Assembly: GCA_963422375.2 (NCBI GenBank)
Contig: CAXXKD010000001.1
Span: forward strand, 256,001-320,000
Reading direction: 5' to 3'
DNA: 64,000 nt
From: Bryobacterales bacterium
Lineage (GTDB): Bacteria > Acidobacteriota > Terriglobia > Bryobacterales > UBA6623
Below are positions 40,018-50,858 of the stretch, piece by piece (within the stretch, counting starts at the first letter, position 1; the number at the start of each line of letters is the position of its first letter). Under the pieces are notes generated by a model that had not been told where the DNA came from, searched no databases, and worked only from the letters and a program-made list of their open reading frames with translations. The translations under genes were made by a program, and so were the position numbers.

Positions 40018-41532
40018 TCAGGTCGCGAAGAACTTCTGGATCACGCGTTCCGGCGGGGGCTTGGTTGCCAGCGAGACCCCCACCAGCGCGGCCGCGGCCG
40101 CGGCGACCATTGTGGCCGCCGGCAGCATCCCCAGGAACAGGTACGAAGGGTCGGCCCCGTACCCGCTGCTACGGAAGAATACCAGCCCGAGCGCCGCGGC
40201 GGTCAGCACGGCGGCCAGCGCTCCCGCAGCCGTCGCTCGCCGCCAGTACAGGCCGGCGACTGCGACGGGAAACAGCGCCGCGTACCCGCTGAAGCACCAC
40301 ACGCCCAGGGTGAACACGCTGCGCGGCTCGCTGAGCGAGAGCAGGTAGGCCGCTGCCGCCACGCATGCGACGACCCACCGGCCGAGCCGCACCGCCTCGG
40401 CGTCGCTCAGCCTCCTTTCGCCGAGCAGCTCGACCGCGATGTCGTTGGTGAACATGGACCCGATCGCCAGGAACTGCGAGTCCAGCGAGGACATGATCGC
40501 CGCCAGGATGCCGGCCCCGAGAATCCCTCCCATTAGCGGGGTCGTCAGCCGCTGCACCATGACGGCCAGCTCGCTGTTGACCGGGGACCCCTGGGATACC
40601 ACGGCGGAACCGTCGGGCATCGCGGCGGACGTGGCCCAGACGCCGATCAGCACGCACGGGAGCCACACCAGCAGCATGCAGACCGGGTGCAGCACGAGCA
40701 TGGGCTTGAACGAGTTTGCCGACCGCGCCGTGAGCCAGTGCTGGTACACGTGGGGGAACATTCCGATCGACAGCGGGATGAAGCAATAGCTGAAGAAGTG
40801 CAGCTGGCCCATCCCCTCGCCGCGGACCAGCTTCTCCGGATGCGCGGCCAGTACGGCTTGCGTCGCCGCCTGGGCCCCGCCGAGCTTCGCCGAAATGACG
40901 AGCAACGTGGCGACTCCGGTGAGCATGAACACGCCCGCTTGCAAGGCGTTTGCCCATGCCGCGGCGCGCAGGCCGCCGACGAACACGTAGAGCAGCACGA
41001 CCGACGTGACGGCCAGGCCCGTGAGCCACGGCGGGACCCCTCCTCCCGTCGAGGCGAAGGGGCCCGGAAACGCCCCCGCCGTCAGGGCTTGCACGACGCT
41101 GCCCGCGCCGAGCAGGCCGACCAGGACGTACGGCACGACCAAGCCCGCCAGCACCGGAAACAGCGCGAGGCCCAGCGCGCGGCTGTCGAAGCGATCGCGG
41201 AAGAACTGGATCTGGGTCGTGTAGCCGTGCTTCCGACCCATCGCCCACAGCCGGACGCCGACGAAGAAGAACACCGCCGAATGCACGAGACCCGACCAAG
41301 ACGCCATCAGGCCGTACACGCCGATCCCGCTGCGATAGGCCTCGCCGGTGCTGCCGACAAGCGAGAAGGCGGTCATGGACGTGCCGAACACCGAGAGCAT
41401 CAGCAGCAAGGGACCGATGGAGCGGCTCGCGAGGAAGAAGTCCTGGGCGGTCCGGCGGAAGGCCCGGTTGCTCAGTATCCCGAGAGCGACCAGGGCGCAG
41501 AGGTAGGCGCAGATGATCGCGAGCTGGGTCAT
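40018..41532 (-). CDS. Sodium:solute symporter
   Basis: Many TM helices, DFFLASRSIG, AAIMSSLDSQ; start MTQLAII. Confidence 0.92.
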   Translation of the reverse strand: MTQLAIICAYLCALVALGILSNRAFRRTAQDFFLASRSIGPLLLMLSVFGTSMTAFSLVGSTGEAYRSGIGVYGLMASWSGLVHSAVFFFVGVRLWAMGRKHGYTTQIQFFRDRFDSRALGLALFPVLAGLVVPYVLVGLLGAGSVVQALTAGAFPGPFASTGGGVPPWLTGLAVTSVVLLYVFVGGLRAAAWANALQAGVFMLTGVATLLVISAKLGGAQAATQAVLAAHPEKLVRGEGMGQLHFFSYCFIPLSIGMFPHVYQHWLTARSANSFKPMLVLHPVCMLLVWLPCVLIGVWATSAAMPDGSAVVSQGSPVNSELAVMVQRLTTPLMGGILGAGILAAIMSSLDSQFLAIGSMFTNDIAVELLGERRLSDAEAVRLGRWVVACVAAAAYLLSLSEPRSVFTLGVWCFSGYAALFPVAVAGLYWRRATAAGALAAVLTAAALGLVFFRSSGYGADPSYLFLGMLPAATMVAAAAAALVGVSLATKPPPERVIQKFFAT

Positions 41533-41762
41533 CCGGGGCGGCCCCCGTCGCCCCGTCGCGGCTCGCCGGCGTCGAGGTCGACCGGCCAGCCGAAGCGCGC
41601 CGCCGCGGCCCACAGTGCGGCAGTCGCGAGCGAGTACGCCGCGTGGTACGCCAGGCCGGACGGCAGGAAGCCGAAGACCAAGCGGTAGTCGCTCCAGAGC
41701 CAGGCGTCATGGTGCAGCAGCGCGAACGCTGCTAGGCCGGCGCACAGGAATCGCGTCTTCAT
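41529..41762 (-). CDS. Small DUF3311-like membrane partner of the symporter
   Basis: LLHHDAWLW...LVFGFLPSGLAYH; two TM segments; 4-nt overlap with the symporter start. Confidence 0.8.
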   Translation of the reverse strand: MKTRFLCAGLAAFALLHHDAWLWSDYRLVFGFLPSGLAYHAAYSLATAALWAAAARFGWPVDLDAGEPRRGDGGRPG

Positions 41763-41801
41763 CGGCGGCAGGGGGAGTGGCGCGGTTCGGTCGGCTTGGG
41801 G

Positions 41802-43235
41802 CTACGCCAGCGCCTTGCGGACCACCTTGCCATGCACGTCAGTCAGGCGGAAGTGGCGACCTTGATACTTGAACGTCAGCTTCTCGTGCTGAATCCCGAG
41901 CAGGTGCAGGATCGTCGCATGCAAGTCATGGACATGCACCGGATCCCGGGTGACGTTATAGCTGAACTCGTCGGTCTCGCCGACGGACGCTCCCGGCCGG
42001 ACGCCGGCGCCGGCCATCCACATCGTGAAGCAGCGCGGGTGGTGGTCGCGACCGTAGTTGTCCTCGGTGAGCTTGCCTTGGCTGTATACGGTGCGTCCGA
42101 ACTCGCCGCCCCACACCACCAAGGTGTCCTCCAGGAGCCCCCGCTGGGCCAGGTCGCGCACCAAGGCGGCCGATGCTTGGTCGGTGTCGAGGCACTGCTT
42201 GCGGATCTGCGCGGGAAGGTCGGTGTGCTGGTCCCAGCCGCGATGGAAGAGCTGCACGAAGCGCACGTCTCGTTCCAGCAGCCGCCGGGCGAGCAGGCAG
42301 TTCGCGGCGTAGGTGCCGGGCTTGCGCGATTCGGGCCCGTACAGCTCGAACATGGACTCCGGCTCCTTGGAGAGGTCCGTCAGCTCGGGAACCGAGGCCT
42401 GCATGCGGAACGCCATCTCGTACTGCGACACGCGCGTCAGAATCTCCGGGTCGCCGAAGTCCTGGTACTTGATGTCGTTCAATTGGGCGAGGTCGTCAAG
42501 GAAGCGGCGGCGCGCGGCCCGGTCGATGCCGTCGGGGTCGGACAGGTACAGGACCGGGTCGCCAGTTGACCGGAACTTGACGCCTTGGTAGCGCGTCGGC
42601 AGGAACCCGCTCCCCCACAGCCTGTCGTACAGCGGCTGGCCGTTCCTGCCGCTGCCCGAGGAGACCATGACGACGAATCCGGGCAGGTCGCGGTTCTCGC
42701 TGCCCAAGCCGTACGAAATCCAGGCGCCGATCGAGGGCCTGCCCGCCAGCTGCGCTCCCGTCTGGAAGAAGGTCACGGCGGGGTCGTGGTTGATGGCCTC
42801 GGTATGCATCGACTTGACGATGCAGAGGCGGTCGGCGATTTCCGCCGTGCGGGGAAGCAGCTCGCTGAACCACGCGCCCGTCGCGCCGTGCTGGCGGAAG
42901 CGGAACATCGAGGGCGCGACCGGAAAGGACGACTGCGTCGCGGTCATCGCCGTCAGGCGCTGGCCCTGCCGCACCGAGTCGGGCAGGTCCGCGCCCCGCA
43001 TGCGCTCGAGTGTCGGCTTGTGATCGAACAGGTCGACCTGCGAAGGGGCGCCCGACTGGAAGAGGTAGATGACCCGCTTCGCCTTGGGCGCGAAGTGAGG
43101 GATGCCGGGCAGGCCCTTGGCCTGAAGATCGTCGCCCAGCAGGCTCGCGAGCGCCGCGACCCCGAGCCCGTACGCGCTCGAGCCGAAGAAGTGCCGACGC
43201 GTGCAGTGCTCCGAACCAAGGCTCTGCAGTCTCAT
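41802..43235 (-). CDS. DUF1501 family protein
   Basis: TRRHFF Tat-like motif, [39 protein letters not shown]. Confidence 0.92.
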   Translation of the reverse strand: MRLQSLGSEHCTRRHFFGSSAYGLGVAALASLLGDDLQAKGLPGIPHFAPKAKRVIYLFQSGAPSQVDLFDHKPTLERMRGADLPDSVRQGQRLTAMTATQSSFPVAPSMFRFRQHGATGAWFSELLPRTAEIADRLCIVKSMHTEAINHDPAVTFFQTGAQLAGRPSIGAWISYGLGSENRDLPGFVVMVSSGSGRNGQPLYDRLWGSGFLPTRYQGVKFRSTGDPVLYLSDPDGIDRAARRRFLDDLAQLNDIKYQDFGDPEILTRVSQYEMAFRMQASVPELTDLSKEPESMFELYGPESRKPGTYAANCLLARRLLERDVRFVQLFHRGWDQHTDLPAQIRKQCLDTDQASAALVRDLAQRGLLEDTLVVWGGEFGRTVYSQGKLTEDNYGRDHHPRCFTMWMAGAGVRPGASVGETDEFSYNVTRDPVHVHDLHATILHLLGIQHEKLTFKYQGRHFRLTDVHGKVVRKALA

Positions 43236-43448
43236 AGGCCGCGCTCCCGCGCACATTATAGCGAGCCGGTCGGGCGTCGTCGGGATCCTCGCGGTCAGTC
43301 TGGCGATGCTTGGTCCCCAAGGGCAGCTACAGGCCTCCCCGGGCCCGCTCTCGCCGAGGAGGGGGCTCGCGAGAGGATTCCGCGCAGCCGGGGTGCCGTC
43401 GCGGGGTTCCCGGCATCGAGTCGCCCCGGCGGTCCCCGCCGGATGCGG

Positions 43449-46400
43449 CTATTCCCTCGTGATGGTCTCGTCGAGGTTCAGGACGAGGCTAGCCATCGTC
43501 GTGTAGGCCGCGAACTCGGGCTCCGGCCAGCTTGGGCGCGCAGGCGGCTCACTCCCGGCCAGCAGGTCCCTCGCCGATTCGGGGGCGCTGCGGAAGCGGT
43601 CCAAGTGATAGCCGAAGCCCGAAGCCAGGATCTCCTCTTCATCCCGGCCCGGGTGCCTGCCGGTCGCGAGACGGAAGAGGTGCCCGAGCCGGCCGTCCCG
43701 GCCGCCCGCGGCTTCGCGCAGGGCCCGGGCGGCGAGGGCCTTGGAAGCGTCCAAGTACGTCTCGTCGTTCATGCGGTTCAGTGCTTGCAGGGGCGTGTTC
43801 GTCCGCACGCTGCGCACCGTGCAGGCCTCGCGGCCCGCGGAATCGAACAGCATCATCGACGGCGGCGGCACTGCGCGCTTCCAGAACGTGTACAGGCTGC
43901 GGCGGTGGAGGTCCGCGCCTTGGCCCACGGCGTAGTCCTCGCCGCCGGCGAGTTCCGTCCACAGGCCCGCGGGCTGGTAGGGCCGTACCGAAGGGCCCCC
44001 CACGACATCGACCAGCAGGCCGGACACGGCCAGGCTGAGATCGCGCACGGCCTCGGCGGGCAGGCGCAGCCGCGGCCCGCGCGCGAGCAGCCGATTGTCC
44101 GGGTCGCGCTCGAGATCCTCGCGCCGGATGCGCGAGGACTGCCGGTAGGCCGCGCTCATGACCATCGTCTTGACCAGCGCCTTGAGGTCCCAGCCCGAGT
44201 CCATGAACTCGACCGCCAGCCAGTCCAGCAGGTCCGGATGGGCCGGCCATTCGCCCTGCGCGCCGAAGTCCTCGGCGGTCCGGACGATGCCCGTGCCCCA
44301 CAGCATCTGCCAGACCCTGTTCACCGTCACCCTGGCCGTGAGCGGATTGTCCCGCGAGACCAGCCAGCGCGCGAAGCCCAGCCTGTCGCCCGGGTCGCTC
44401 CCCGACAGGGCGGCCGGCAGCCCGGGCAGGACCTCTTCGGCCGGAGCGTCGTAGGCGCCGCGATCCAGCCGGAAGGTCTTCTTGCGCGGGGTCATCTCCC
44501 GCATCACCATTACGGTCGGTACCGAGTCGGCAAGCGCGTGCCGCCCGCGCTCTAGGTCCCGGATAGCCGCGACGAGGCCGGTGAGGTCTTCCGGGCCGAG
44601 CGCGCTGGCGTACGCCTGGTCCAGCTTGCGCGTCTCGGCTGCGCTGCGATCGCCTTCGGGGAGGCCCGCGATCGCGTCGAGGCTCCGGCCGACCGCGGCG
44701 ACCTCGACCTCCTCGGGCGAAAGCGCCCTCTCGTAGACAAGGAGACGGCGCATCGAGCCGCGGAAGTCGAGACCGAGGCCCCGCCCGACGCGCAGCGGCT
44801 CCTTGGACTTGATCTCCTGGTTCATCTCGTCGCGGATCACGCTGACCGTCGCGGGCTGTCCGTTCAGGTAGATCCGCAGGCCCGAGGCGAGACGCGTGCC
44901 GTCGTAGGTGAAGGCGACGTGCTGCCACTCGCCGAGGCTCACAGGGGCCTTGGATTCCACCCGCAGGCAGTCGTCCAGCCAGCGATTGACCAGGTTGACT
45001 TGGACCTTCCCGTCCTTGAGGTACAGGCCCCATCCCGGATTCCCCTGCGTGTCGTCCTCGGGCCTGACGTTTCTCGTCTTGGAGACGATCGCACCGTCCG
45101 GGGACTCCGGGCGGATCCACGCCGCGACGCTGAAGCGCCCGTAGAAGCTGAAGTCCGCCTGGTCCCCGAGGTCAGCGAAGTCCCCGCCCGCGAAGGAGCG
45201 TTCCGCGGGCCGCGGCGTTTCAGGTCCCTCCGGAAACGCCACTGCGAGATCCCTCGGGTCGCCCCAGTCCGTCGGCTGGTCGGCAAGATCTCTGGACCAG
45301 CCGCGCTTCGCGTCCGCCAGATCGCGCTCCATCCGCTCGCGCTGCCGCCGCAGATCCGCCAGCCGGGCGTCCAAGCCGGCCAGCCGCTTCGCCTGCTCGG
45401 CGGTCGGGGCCCTGACGAACGGCGGGGAATTGCCGTACTTGAACGCCTTGCCCTTCTCCGGGACGTTGTTGAAGTACGCGAACAGCTCGTAGTATTCGCC
45501 CTGCGTCACCGGGTCGTACTTGTGGTCGTGGCAGCGGGCGCAGCCCAGCGTCAGTCCGAGCCAGACGGTCGACGTGGTGTCCACGCGGTCGACCACGTAC
45601 TCCACGGCGTACTCGGCGTCCACGATGCCGCCCTCGCCGTTGCCGCGGTGGTTGCGGTTGAAGCCCGTTGCGATCACTTGGTCCAAGGTTGCGCCGGGCA
45701 GCATGTCGCCGGCCAACTGCTCGACCGTGAACTCGTCGAATGGCTTGTTCGCCGCGAAGGCGTCGATCACCCAGTCGCGCCAGCGCCACATGTCGCGCTC
45801 CGCGTCGGTCTGGTAGCCGTTGGTGTCGGCGTAGCGAGCCGCGTCCAGCCAGCGGGCGGCCATTCGCTCGCCGTAGCCCGGCGACGACAGCAGCCGGTCC
45901 ACGACCGACTCGTAGGCGTTCTCGGATTCGTCCGCGAGGAACGCGTCGACGTCGGCCAGCTCCGGCGGGCGGCCGGTCAGGTCGAGGCTGACGCGCCGCA
46001 CGAGGACTTCCCGCGAGGCGGGCGGGGTCGGCTCGATCCCTTCTTGGCGCAGTCGACGCAGCACGAAGCTGTCGACCGGGCTGGCGGGCCAGCCGGGGTG
46101 GGTGAGGTCGGGGACCTCCGGACGCTGCGGCGCGATGAACGCCCAGTGCCCCTGCCACTTCGCTCCCTGCTCGATCCAGCGCCGGATCAGATCGACTTCG
46201 CGCGCCGCCAGCGGGTCGTGTCCGAAGGCGGCCGGCGGCATGCGTCGGGCGGTGTCGGCGGTCGAGACCCTGGCGTACAGCTCGCTGGCGGCGGGGTCGC
46301 CGGGCACGATCGCCCTGCGCCTCCCGGCCAGCGGCGCCGCCGCGCCCTCCTCGGTGTCGAGGCGCAGGGCGGTCATGCGCTGGGCCTCGTCGGGACCGTG

Positions 46401-46529
46401 GCAGGCGTAGCAGTTCTCAGAGAGAATGGGCCGGATGTCGCGGTTGAAGCGAACCGCCGTGCCCGTCTCGGCCAGTGCGCCCGGTCCGAGAACCAAGGCC
46501 GCGATCGTCACTGTCGCCGCAAGTCGCAT
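43449..46529 (-). CDS. Planctomycete cytochrome c / DUF1549 / LamG / DUF1553 protein
   Basis: FNRDIRPILSENCYACHGPD, WLDAARYADT, CARCHDHKYDP, WQHVAFTYDG, TNTPLQAL. Confidence 0.92.
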   Translation of the reverse strand: MRLAATVTIAALVLGPGALAETGTAVRFNRDIRPILSENCYACHGPDEAQRMTALRLDTEEGAAAPLAGRRRAIVPGDPAASELYARVSTADTARRMPPAAFGHDPLAAREVDLIRRWIEQGAKWQGHWAFIAPQRPEVPDLTHPGWPASPVDSFVLRRLRQEGIEPTPPASREVLVRRVSLDLTGRPPELADVDAFLADESENAYESVVDRLLSSPGYGERMAARWLDAARYADTNGYQTDAERDMWRWRDWVIDAFAANKPFDEFTVEQLAGDMLPGATLDQVIATGFNRNHRGNGEGGIVDAEYAVEYVVDRVDTTSTVWLGLTLGCARCHDHKYDPVTQGEYYELFAYFNNVPEKGKAFKYGNSPPFVRAPTAEQAKRLAGLDARLADLRRQRERMERDLADAKRGWSRDLADQPTDWGDPRDLAVAFPEGPETPRPAERSFAGGDFADLGDQADFSFYGRFSVAAWIRPESPDGAIVSKTRNVRPEDDTQGNPGWGLYLKDGKVQVNLVNRWLDDCLRVESKAPVSLGEWQHVAFTYDGTRLASGLRIYLNGQPATVSVIRDEMNQEIKSKEPLRVGRGLGLDFRGSMRRLLVYERALSPEEVEVAAVGRSLDAIAGLPEGDRSAAETRKLDQAYASALGPEDLTGLVAAIRDLERGRHALADSVPTVMVMREMTPRKKTFRLDRGAYDAPAEEVLPGLPAALSGSDPGDRLGFARWLVSRDNPLTARVTVNRVWQMLWGTGIVRTAEDFGAQGEWPAHPDLLDWLAVEFMDSGWDLKALVKTMVMSAAYRQSSRIRREDLERDPDNRLLARGPRLRLPAEAVRDLSLAVSGLLVDVVGGPSVRPYQPAGLWTELAGGEDYAVGQGADLHRRSLYTFWKRAVPPPSMMLFDSAGREACTVRSVRTNTPLQALNRMNDETYLDASKALAARALREAAGGRDGRLGHLFRLATGRHPGRDEEEILASGFGYHLDRFRSAPESARDLLAGSEPPARPSWPEPEFAAYTTMASLVLNLDETITRE

Positions 46530-46632
46530 CCCGCTTGGATTATACGTTTCGCCGGCCTGCGGTCGTTGGCGAGGCCGCCCCGATTGCGGCGTGATCGCGG
46601 ATTCCCCGGGGCGGGGCGGCGGGTTGCGCGCC

Positions 46633-47163
46633 CTACATCAGCTGCGGGGACCCGCTTCGCGCGATCAGGGCGACCGCGTGGGCCTCGGCCAGCTCGCAGT
46701 TGCCGACGGGCCCGATTCCCTCACCGGTCTTGGCCTTCAGCCCGATGCTGCCCGGTTTGGTCCCGACCAGAGCGGCGATGTTCTCGCGAATGCGGCTGCG
46801 GTACGGCAGGATTTTAGGCCGCTCGAGCACTACGACCGCGTCCAAGTTGACAACGCGCCAGCCGTAGCTCACCAGCAGCTCGGACGCGTGGCGCACGAAC
46901 ACGCTGCTCTCAACGTCCTTCCACTGCGGGTCCGAGTGAGGGAAAAGCTCGCCGATGTCTCCTTGGCTGGCTGCCCCCAGCATCGCGTCGGTGATCGCGT
47001 GCAGGAGGATGTCGGCATCGGAGTGCCCTTCCAGTCCCTTTTCGGACGGGATCTGGACCCCGCCCAGTACCAGCCGCCGCCCGACGCGCAGGCGGTGCGA
47101 GTCGTAGCCGATCCCCACTCGGAACTCGGGCGGCTCAAACTCGAGAATCGGAGGCGGATTCAC
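46633..47163 (-). CDS. ispF: 2-C-methyl-D-erythritol 2,4-cyclodiphosphate synthase
   Basis: GIGYDSH, GHSDAD, GDIGELFP, KAKTGE. Confidence 0.96.
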   Translation of the reverse strand: MNPPPILEFEPPEFRVGIGYDSHRLRVGRRLVLGGVQIPSEKGLEGHSDADILLHAITDAMLGAASQGDIGELFPHSDPQWKDVESSVFVRHASELLVSYGWRVVNLDAVVVLERPKILPYRSRIRENIAALVGTKPGSIGLKAKTGEGIGPVGNCELAEAHAVALIARSGSPQLM

Positions 47164-47869
47164 GGCTTTCGTCCTCGAAGTACAACCGGGCGAGCGTCAT
47201 GTGATGGGGGCGCGTGATCTTGATGTTGCGCTCGCTGCCGCGCATCACGTACACATCCTCGTTGAGATGCTCGACGAGGCTGGCCTCGTCCGTGCCGACG
47301 AAGTCGTCGCGGCGGGCCCGCTCGAAGGCGCGCTTCAGCAGGTCGATCTCGAAAACCTGCGGCGTCTGCACTAGCATGATGCGCTCGCGCGGCAGCGTGG
47401 CCTCGACGACCTTGCGGCTCACCTGCTTCACGGTCTCCTCCGCGGGCATCCCGAGGATCACCGCCCGGCGGAGCGACGCCTCGCGCACCGCGTCCTCGAT
47501 CAGCTGCACGGGCACCAGCGGGCGGACGCCGTCGTGGACGGCCACTAGGTCGGTGTCGCTCGAGACCGCGTCGAGGCAGCGCCCGACGGATTCCTGCCTG
47601 GTGCGCCCGCCGGCCAGCACGCGGACGCGCTTGGCCCGCGAGGTGCCGAGCATCGCCCGGACGGCGTCCTCGCTGCCTTCGGGCACGGCGACCAGGATCT
47701 CGCTAACGCTCGGCGCGGCGAGGAACTTGCTGACTGTCAGCGCGAGGATCGGCACGCCGCCCAGCTTCATGAACTGCTTGCGCGCGCTGCCGTACTGCCC
47801 CGCGCCCGCCGTACCCATGCGGGTGCCGTGCCCGGCGGCCGGGAGGATGGCGGCTACGCACATGCTCAC
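47135..47869 (-). CDS. ispD: 2-C-methyl-D-erythritol 4-phosphate cytidylyltransferase
   Basis: PAAGHGTRM, KQF, GGRTRQES, VHDGVRP, QTPQ, NIKIT. Confidence 0.95.
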   Translation of the reverse strand: MSMCVAAILPAAGHGTRMGTAGAGQYGSARKQFMKLGGVPILALTVSKFLAAPSVSEILVAVPEGSEDAVRAMLGTSRAKRVRVLAGGRTRQESVGRCLDAVSSDTDLVAVHDGVRPLVPVQLIEDAVREASLRRAVILGMPAEETVKQVSRKVVEATLPRERIMLVQTPQVFEIDLLKRAFERARRDDFVGTDEASLVEHLNEDVYVMRGSERNIKITRPHHMTLARLYFEDESRESASDSRV

Positions 47870-47912
47870 GGATTATGCGCCAAGGCACCCTCGCGGGCCG
47901 CGGTCGGCGAGG

Positions 47913-48809
47913 CTAGGACTCAAGCGCCTGCTTGCAGTAAGTGAAGCACTTGCCGACCTCCGTCAGCGTGTCGGCTCCCTTGTACTCGTACTCGATATTC
48001 GCCGGGATGTCGTACCCGTTGTCCCGCAGCAGGGCCAGCACCTCGCGGATCGGCGTGTCGCCCTTGCCGAACTCCACGTTCTCGCCCTGGTTCGCCTTGC
48101 GATCCTTGATGTGCAGGGTGACAATTCTCTCGTGGTGCTTGCTGATGTAGTCGACCGGGTCGAACCCAGCGGCCACGAAGTGCCCGATGTCGAGATTCAC
48201 CACGATCTGGTTGTGGCCCTGGGAAGCGGCCTCGAAGTCGGCGGGAGTGGCGAATTCGTTTTCGCGGATGCGGGAGTGATTGTGCATCCCGACGAGCATG
48301 CGGTAGCGCTTGGCGATCGGATCGACGCGCTTCGCCACGCTGACCGTCCCTGACGCCGTGATGGCCTTCGCGCCCATCGCCCTGGCCATTTCGAAGCCGC
48401 GAGCGATCTCCTCGTCGGTGAAGTCGTCCCGGAAGCTGTAGTTCAGCGAGTTCAGCTCGATCCCCGCTTCGTGGAATTTCGTGCCGATCTCCTCGAACTT
48501 GGAGAGGGGTGTCTCCAGCCGGTAGGCGCGCAGCTTCTCTCGCCCGTCCTTCGCCCTGCGCAGCTCGCGCAGCGGTTCGGTATGGCCGCTCCAGAGCTCG
48601 CAGGAACCGATGCCGATCGATTTCATCGCCTCGATCGCCGTGTCCAGTGGGCGGTCGCGGAAGCTGTAGCTCTGGACCCCGACGGAGACGCCGTTGACCG
48701 TGGAGTCGATGCGCTCGTGCGCGAGCGCGCTCCTCGCGAGCGCCGCTGTCGTGCCAGCGACCATCAGGTTGCGTCCAAATTCTCGACGCGTGCAGCTGAT
48801 TGGATTCAT
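47913..48809 (-). CDS. Tat-exported sugar phosphate isomerase/epimerase (TIM barrel)
   Basis: TRREFG, GVQSYSFR, HNH, LDIGH, HIKD, IEYE. Confidence 0.88.
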   Translation of the reverse strand: MNPISCTRREFGRNLMVAGTTAALARSALAHERIDSTVNGVSVGVQSYSFRDRPLDTAIEAMKSIGIGSCELWSGHTEPLRELRRAKDGREKLRAYRLETPLSKFEEIGTKFHEAGIELNSLNYSFRDDFTDEEIARGFEMARAMGAKAITASGTVSVAKRVDPIAKRYRMLVGMHNHSRIRENEFATPADFEAASQGHNQIVVNLDIGHFVAAGFDPVDYISKHHERIVTLHIKDRKANQGENVEFGKGDTPIREVLALLRDNGYDIPANIEYEYKGADTLTEVGKCFTYCKQALES

Positions 48810-49313
48810 GAAATAATCCCGAACTTGCCAGCTTATCACAGGCCCGCCGGCCTGCCGTGCCCGTCCGCAGCGGTCGCCGGTCGGCTAGGAACCGTGCGCG
48901 CCGCTGCTCCCGGCACGGGGCGGAGTCGGCCGCCGCCCGGGGTGCGCGACGGCGGCGGCGCGGCGGCCTGCTACCGGCCCCTCGGCGGGCGAGGGATCGG
49001 GAAGCCTGCTACCGTAACGCACTGAACGCGCCTCGCCGTGCGAAGTGCCTAGGTGCCCGGGATGAGGTTCGCGGGTTGCGGCGCGACGAGCCTGCTCTCG
49101 GCGTGGCACTCGTGAGCGAGTACGAGCGCAGAATCGCCGGCGCCGCTCCCTACTTCGGGCTTGGCCCGATTGAGACCGAGCCGGACAGCCTGTACCGGGG
49201 CGACGGCTGCGAGGCGTTCCTGGACGTTGGCTTCGAGGCCGGGCTGGACCGCCCGATGCAGCTGATCGGCAGCGATTCTCAATCTGGACATTCTTGGGAT
49301 TTCCATAGTGTCT

Positions 49314-50858
49314 GAGCCTTTTGCAAAATTCAGAAAAGAGGGCTGACCGCCCCATGAACGACTAGTTTCCGGGCTGTTATTCTCGCCGAAAAAGACTCCC
49401 TTCAGCTGGGCTTGCTCGGCTGCGGGGCGCTCCTGCGGGGATCGGCCCCGTGCAGGCGCAGCTCTCCCGGCCCGGCCCTGCGGGCGGGCGCTCTTCGCGG
49501 CTGTCCCGGCGGCCCGGGCTCTCGGAGCGCCAGGCGCAGGAGCTGCTCCACCGTCAGCGCGAGCACGCCGAACAGGAGGTGGCACAGCACCTTGCCGCGG
49601 CCGCGGACGCGCACGCGGCGCCCGCCGCAATCGTCCTTCAGGCGGCCGTTGACACGCTCCACCGTCGAGCGCTCGCGGTAGCGCAGCTTGGCGGGATCCG
49701 CCCGCCCGGCGCTGCGCAGCGCCTTGGCCTCCCGTTCCAGATCCGCCTGCAGCTCCGTCCGGCCGCGCGGGTTGACATCGATGAGCGGCACGTGCCCGAG
49801 CCGCTTGCTGAAGGCCCGGATCCCGGCCGCGTCGCGCGCGCTGTCCATCCGGTCGTACAGGTTGTCGACGCGGCCCGCGGTCCGTGTCGCCAGCGGGATC
49901 GCGGCCTGGCTGTCGTGCAGCGAAGCCGCGGTGAGCAGGCAGCTGACCGGGATCCCGCCGTCGATCGCGTCGATATGCAGCTTGTAGCCGCGCCAGCTGA
50001 CGGTACGGCCCTTGGCGTTGCGCTTGGTGCCGGTATCGCAGCCCTGCGGCAGGTCGTGCAGCATTGCTTCGAGATTCATGTCGGGCTGCCGCGCCAGTCG
50101 GCGCGGAGCGGGCGGCCGCTGCTCGCCCTTGCGAGGGCGCCCGCGCTTGCGTTTCGGCTGGGGTTCCGGCGCGGGCTTCCCGGCGGGCCGCTCGCGACCC
50201 TCGATGGCGGTCGAGTCGCGGGAGACGCGCCCTGCCAAGCGGCCGTCGAGCGTCCGCGCGAGCAGCGCCTCGTGCAAGCGTCCGGGCAGTTCGCCGGCGG
50301 CGAACTCGGCGAAGGCGCGCGAGAAGGTTGCCTCGCCGGGCACGGCCCCGGCCAGGTCCCAGCCGCACAGTCGGCGCAGGGTGCGATCGGTCTGCAGGCG
50401 CTCGACCGGCGAGCGCGTAGCGGGCTGGTCGAAGACGGCCTTGGCGATGAAAGCGCGCGCCATGGCGGCGCGGCTTGCGAGGGGGCGGCCGCGGCCGCCC
50501 TGCCCGACGGGCAGGCAGTCCTCGACCTGCGCCAGTTCCACCGCTTGGACGAAGCTGCGGCAGCGCTCGCCGAGGGGGCCGAGTTCCTGCTCGAGCCAGG
50601 GGAACAGCCCCTGCTGGAACGTGAACCAGTACGCGGATACGGTTTCTATCAAGGACATATTCGTTGAATTCTGCCAGCTGTTTACTAGGCTTGCATTACA
50701 ATAATAGCACGGATGGCAAGGGATTGCCAGGAAACTCAAAACGCATGACAAGCCATTAAAACTACATTTACTACAGTTCTATTCCATTGATTATATCGAA
50801 TACTTAATAGACTAACTAAATGATAATGCTATGAGCTCGGGATTTTTGCAAAAGGCTC
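49314..50858 (-). mobile_element. Complete IS1182/IS5-like insertion sequence
   Basis: 15-bp perfect TIR GAGCCTTTTGCAAAA at both ends; 4-bp direct repeat GTCT at 49310-49313 and 50859-50862. Confidence 0.9.
49402..50658 (-). CDS. DDE transposase of the above IS
   Basis: LRRLCGW, EATFSRAF, SRDSTAI, WRGYKLH, MDSA, RSTVERVNGRLK. Confidence 0.88.
   Translation of the reverse strand: MSLIETVSAYWFTFQQGLFPWLEQELGPLGERCRSFVQAVELAQVEDCLPVGQGGRGRPLASRAAMARAFIAKAVFDQPATRSPVERLQTDRTLRRLCGWDLAGAVPGEATFSRAFAEFAAGELPGRLHEALLARTLDGRLAGRVSRDSTAIEGRERPAGKPAPEPQPKRKRGRPRKGEQRPPAPRRLARQPDMNLEAMLHDLPQGCDTGTKRNAKGRTVSWRGYKLHIDAIDGGIPVSCLLTAASLHDSQAAIPLATRTAGRVDNLYDRMDSARDAAGIRAFSKRLGHVPLIDVNPRGRTELQADLEREAKALRSAGRADPAKLRYRERSTVERVNGRLKDDCGGRRVRVRGRGKVLCHLLFGVLALTVEQLLRLALREPGPPGQPRRAPARRAGPGELRLHGADPRRSAPQPSKPS

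Noticed and set aside
2464..46817. Many long alternative-frame or antisense ORFs (e.g. 2464..4200, 31453..33348, 42585..44555, 44919..46817)
   Set aside because: Shadow ORFs of high-GC genes; Arg/Pro/Ala-rich, motif-free and overlapping well-supported CDSs
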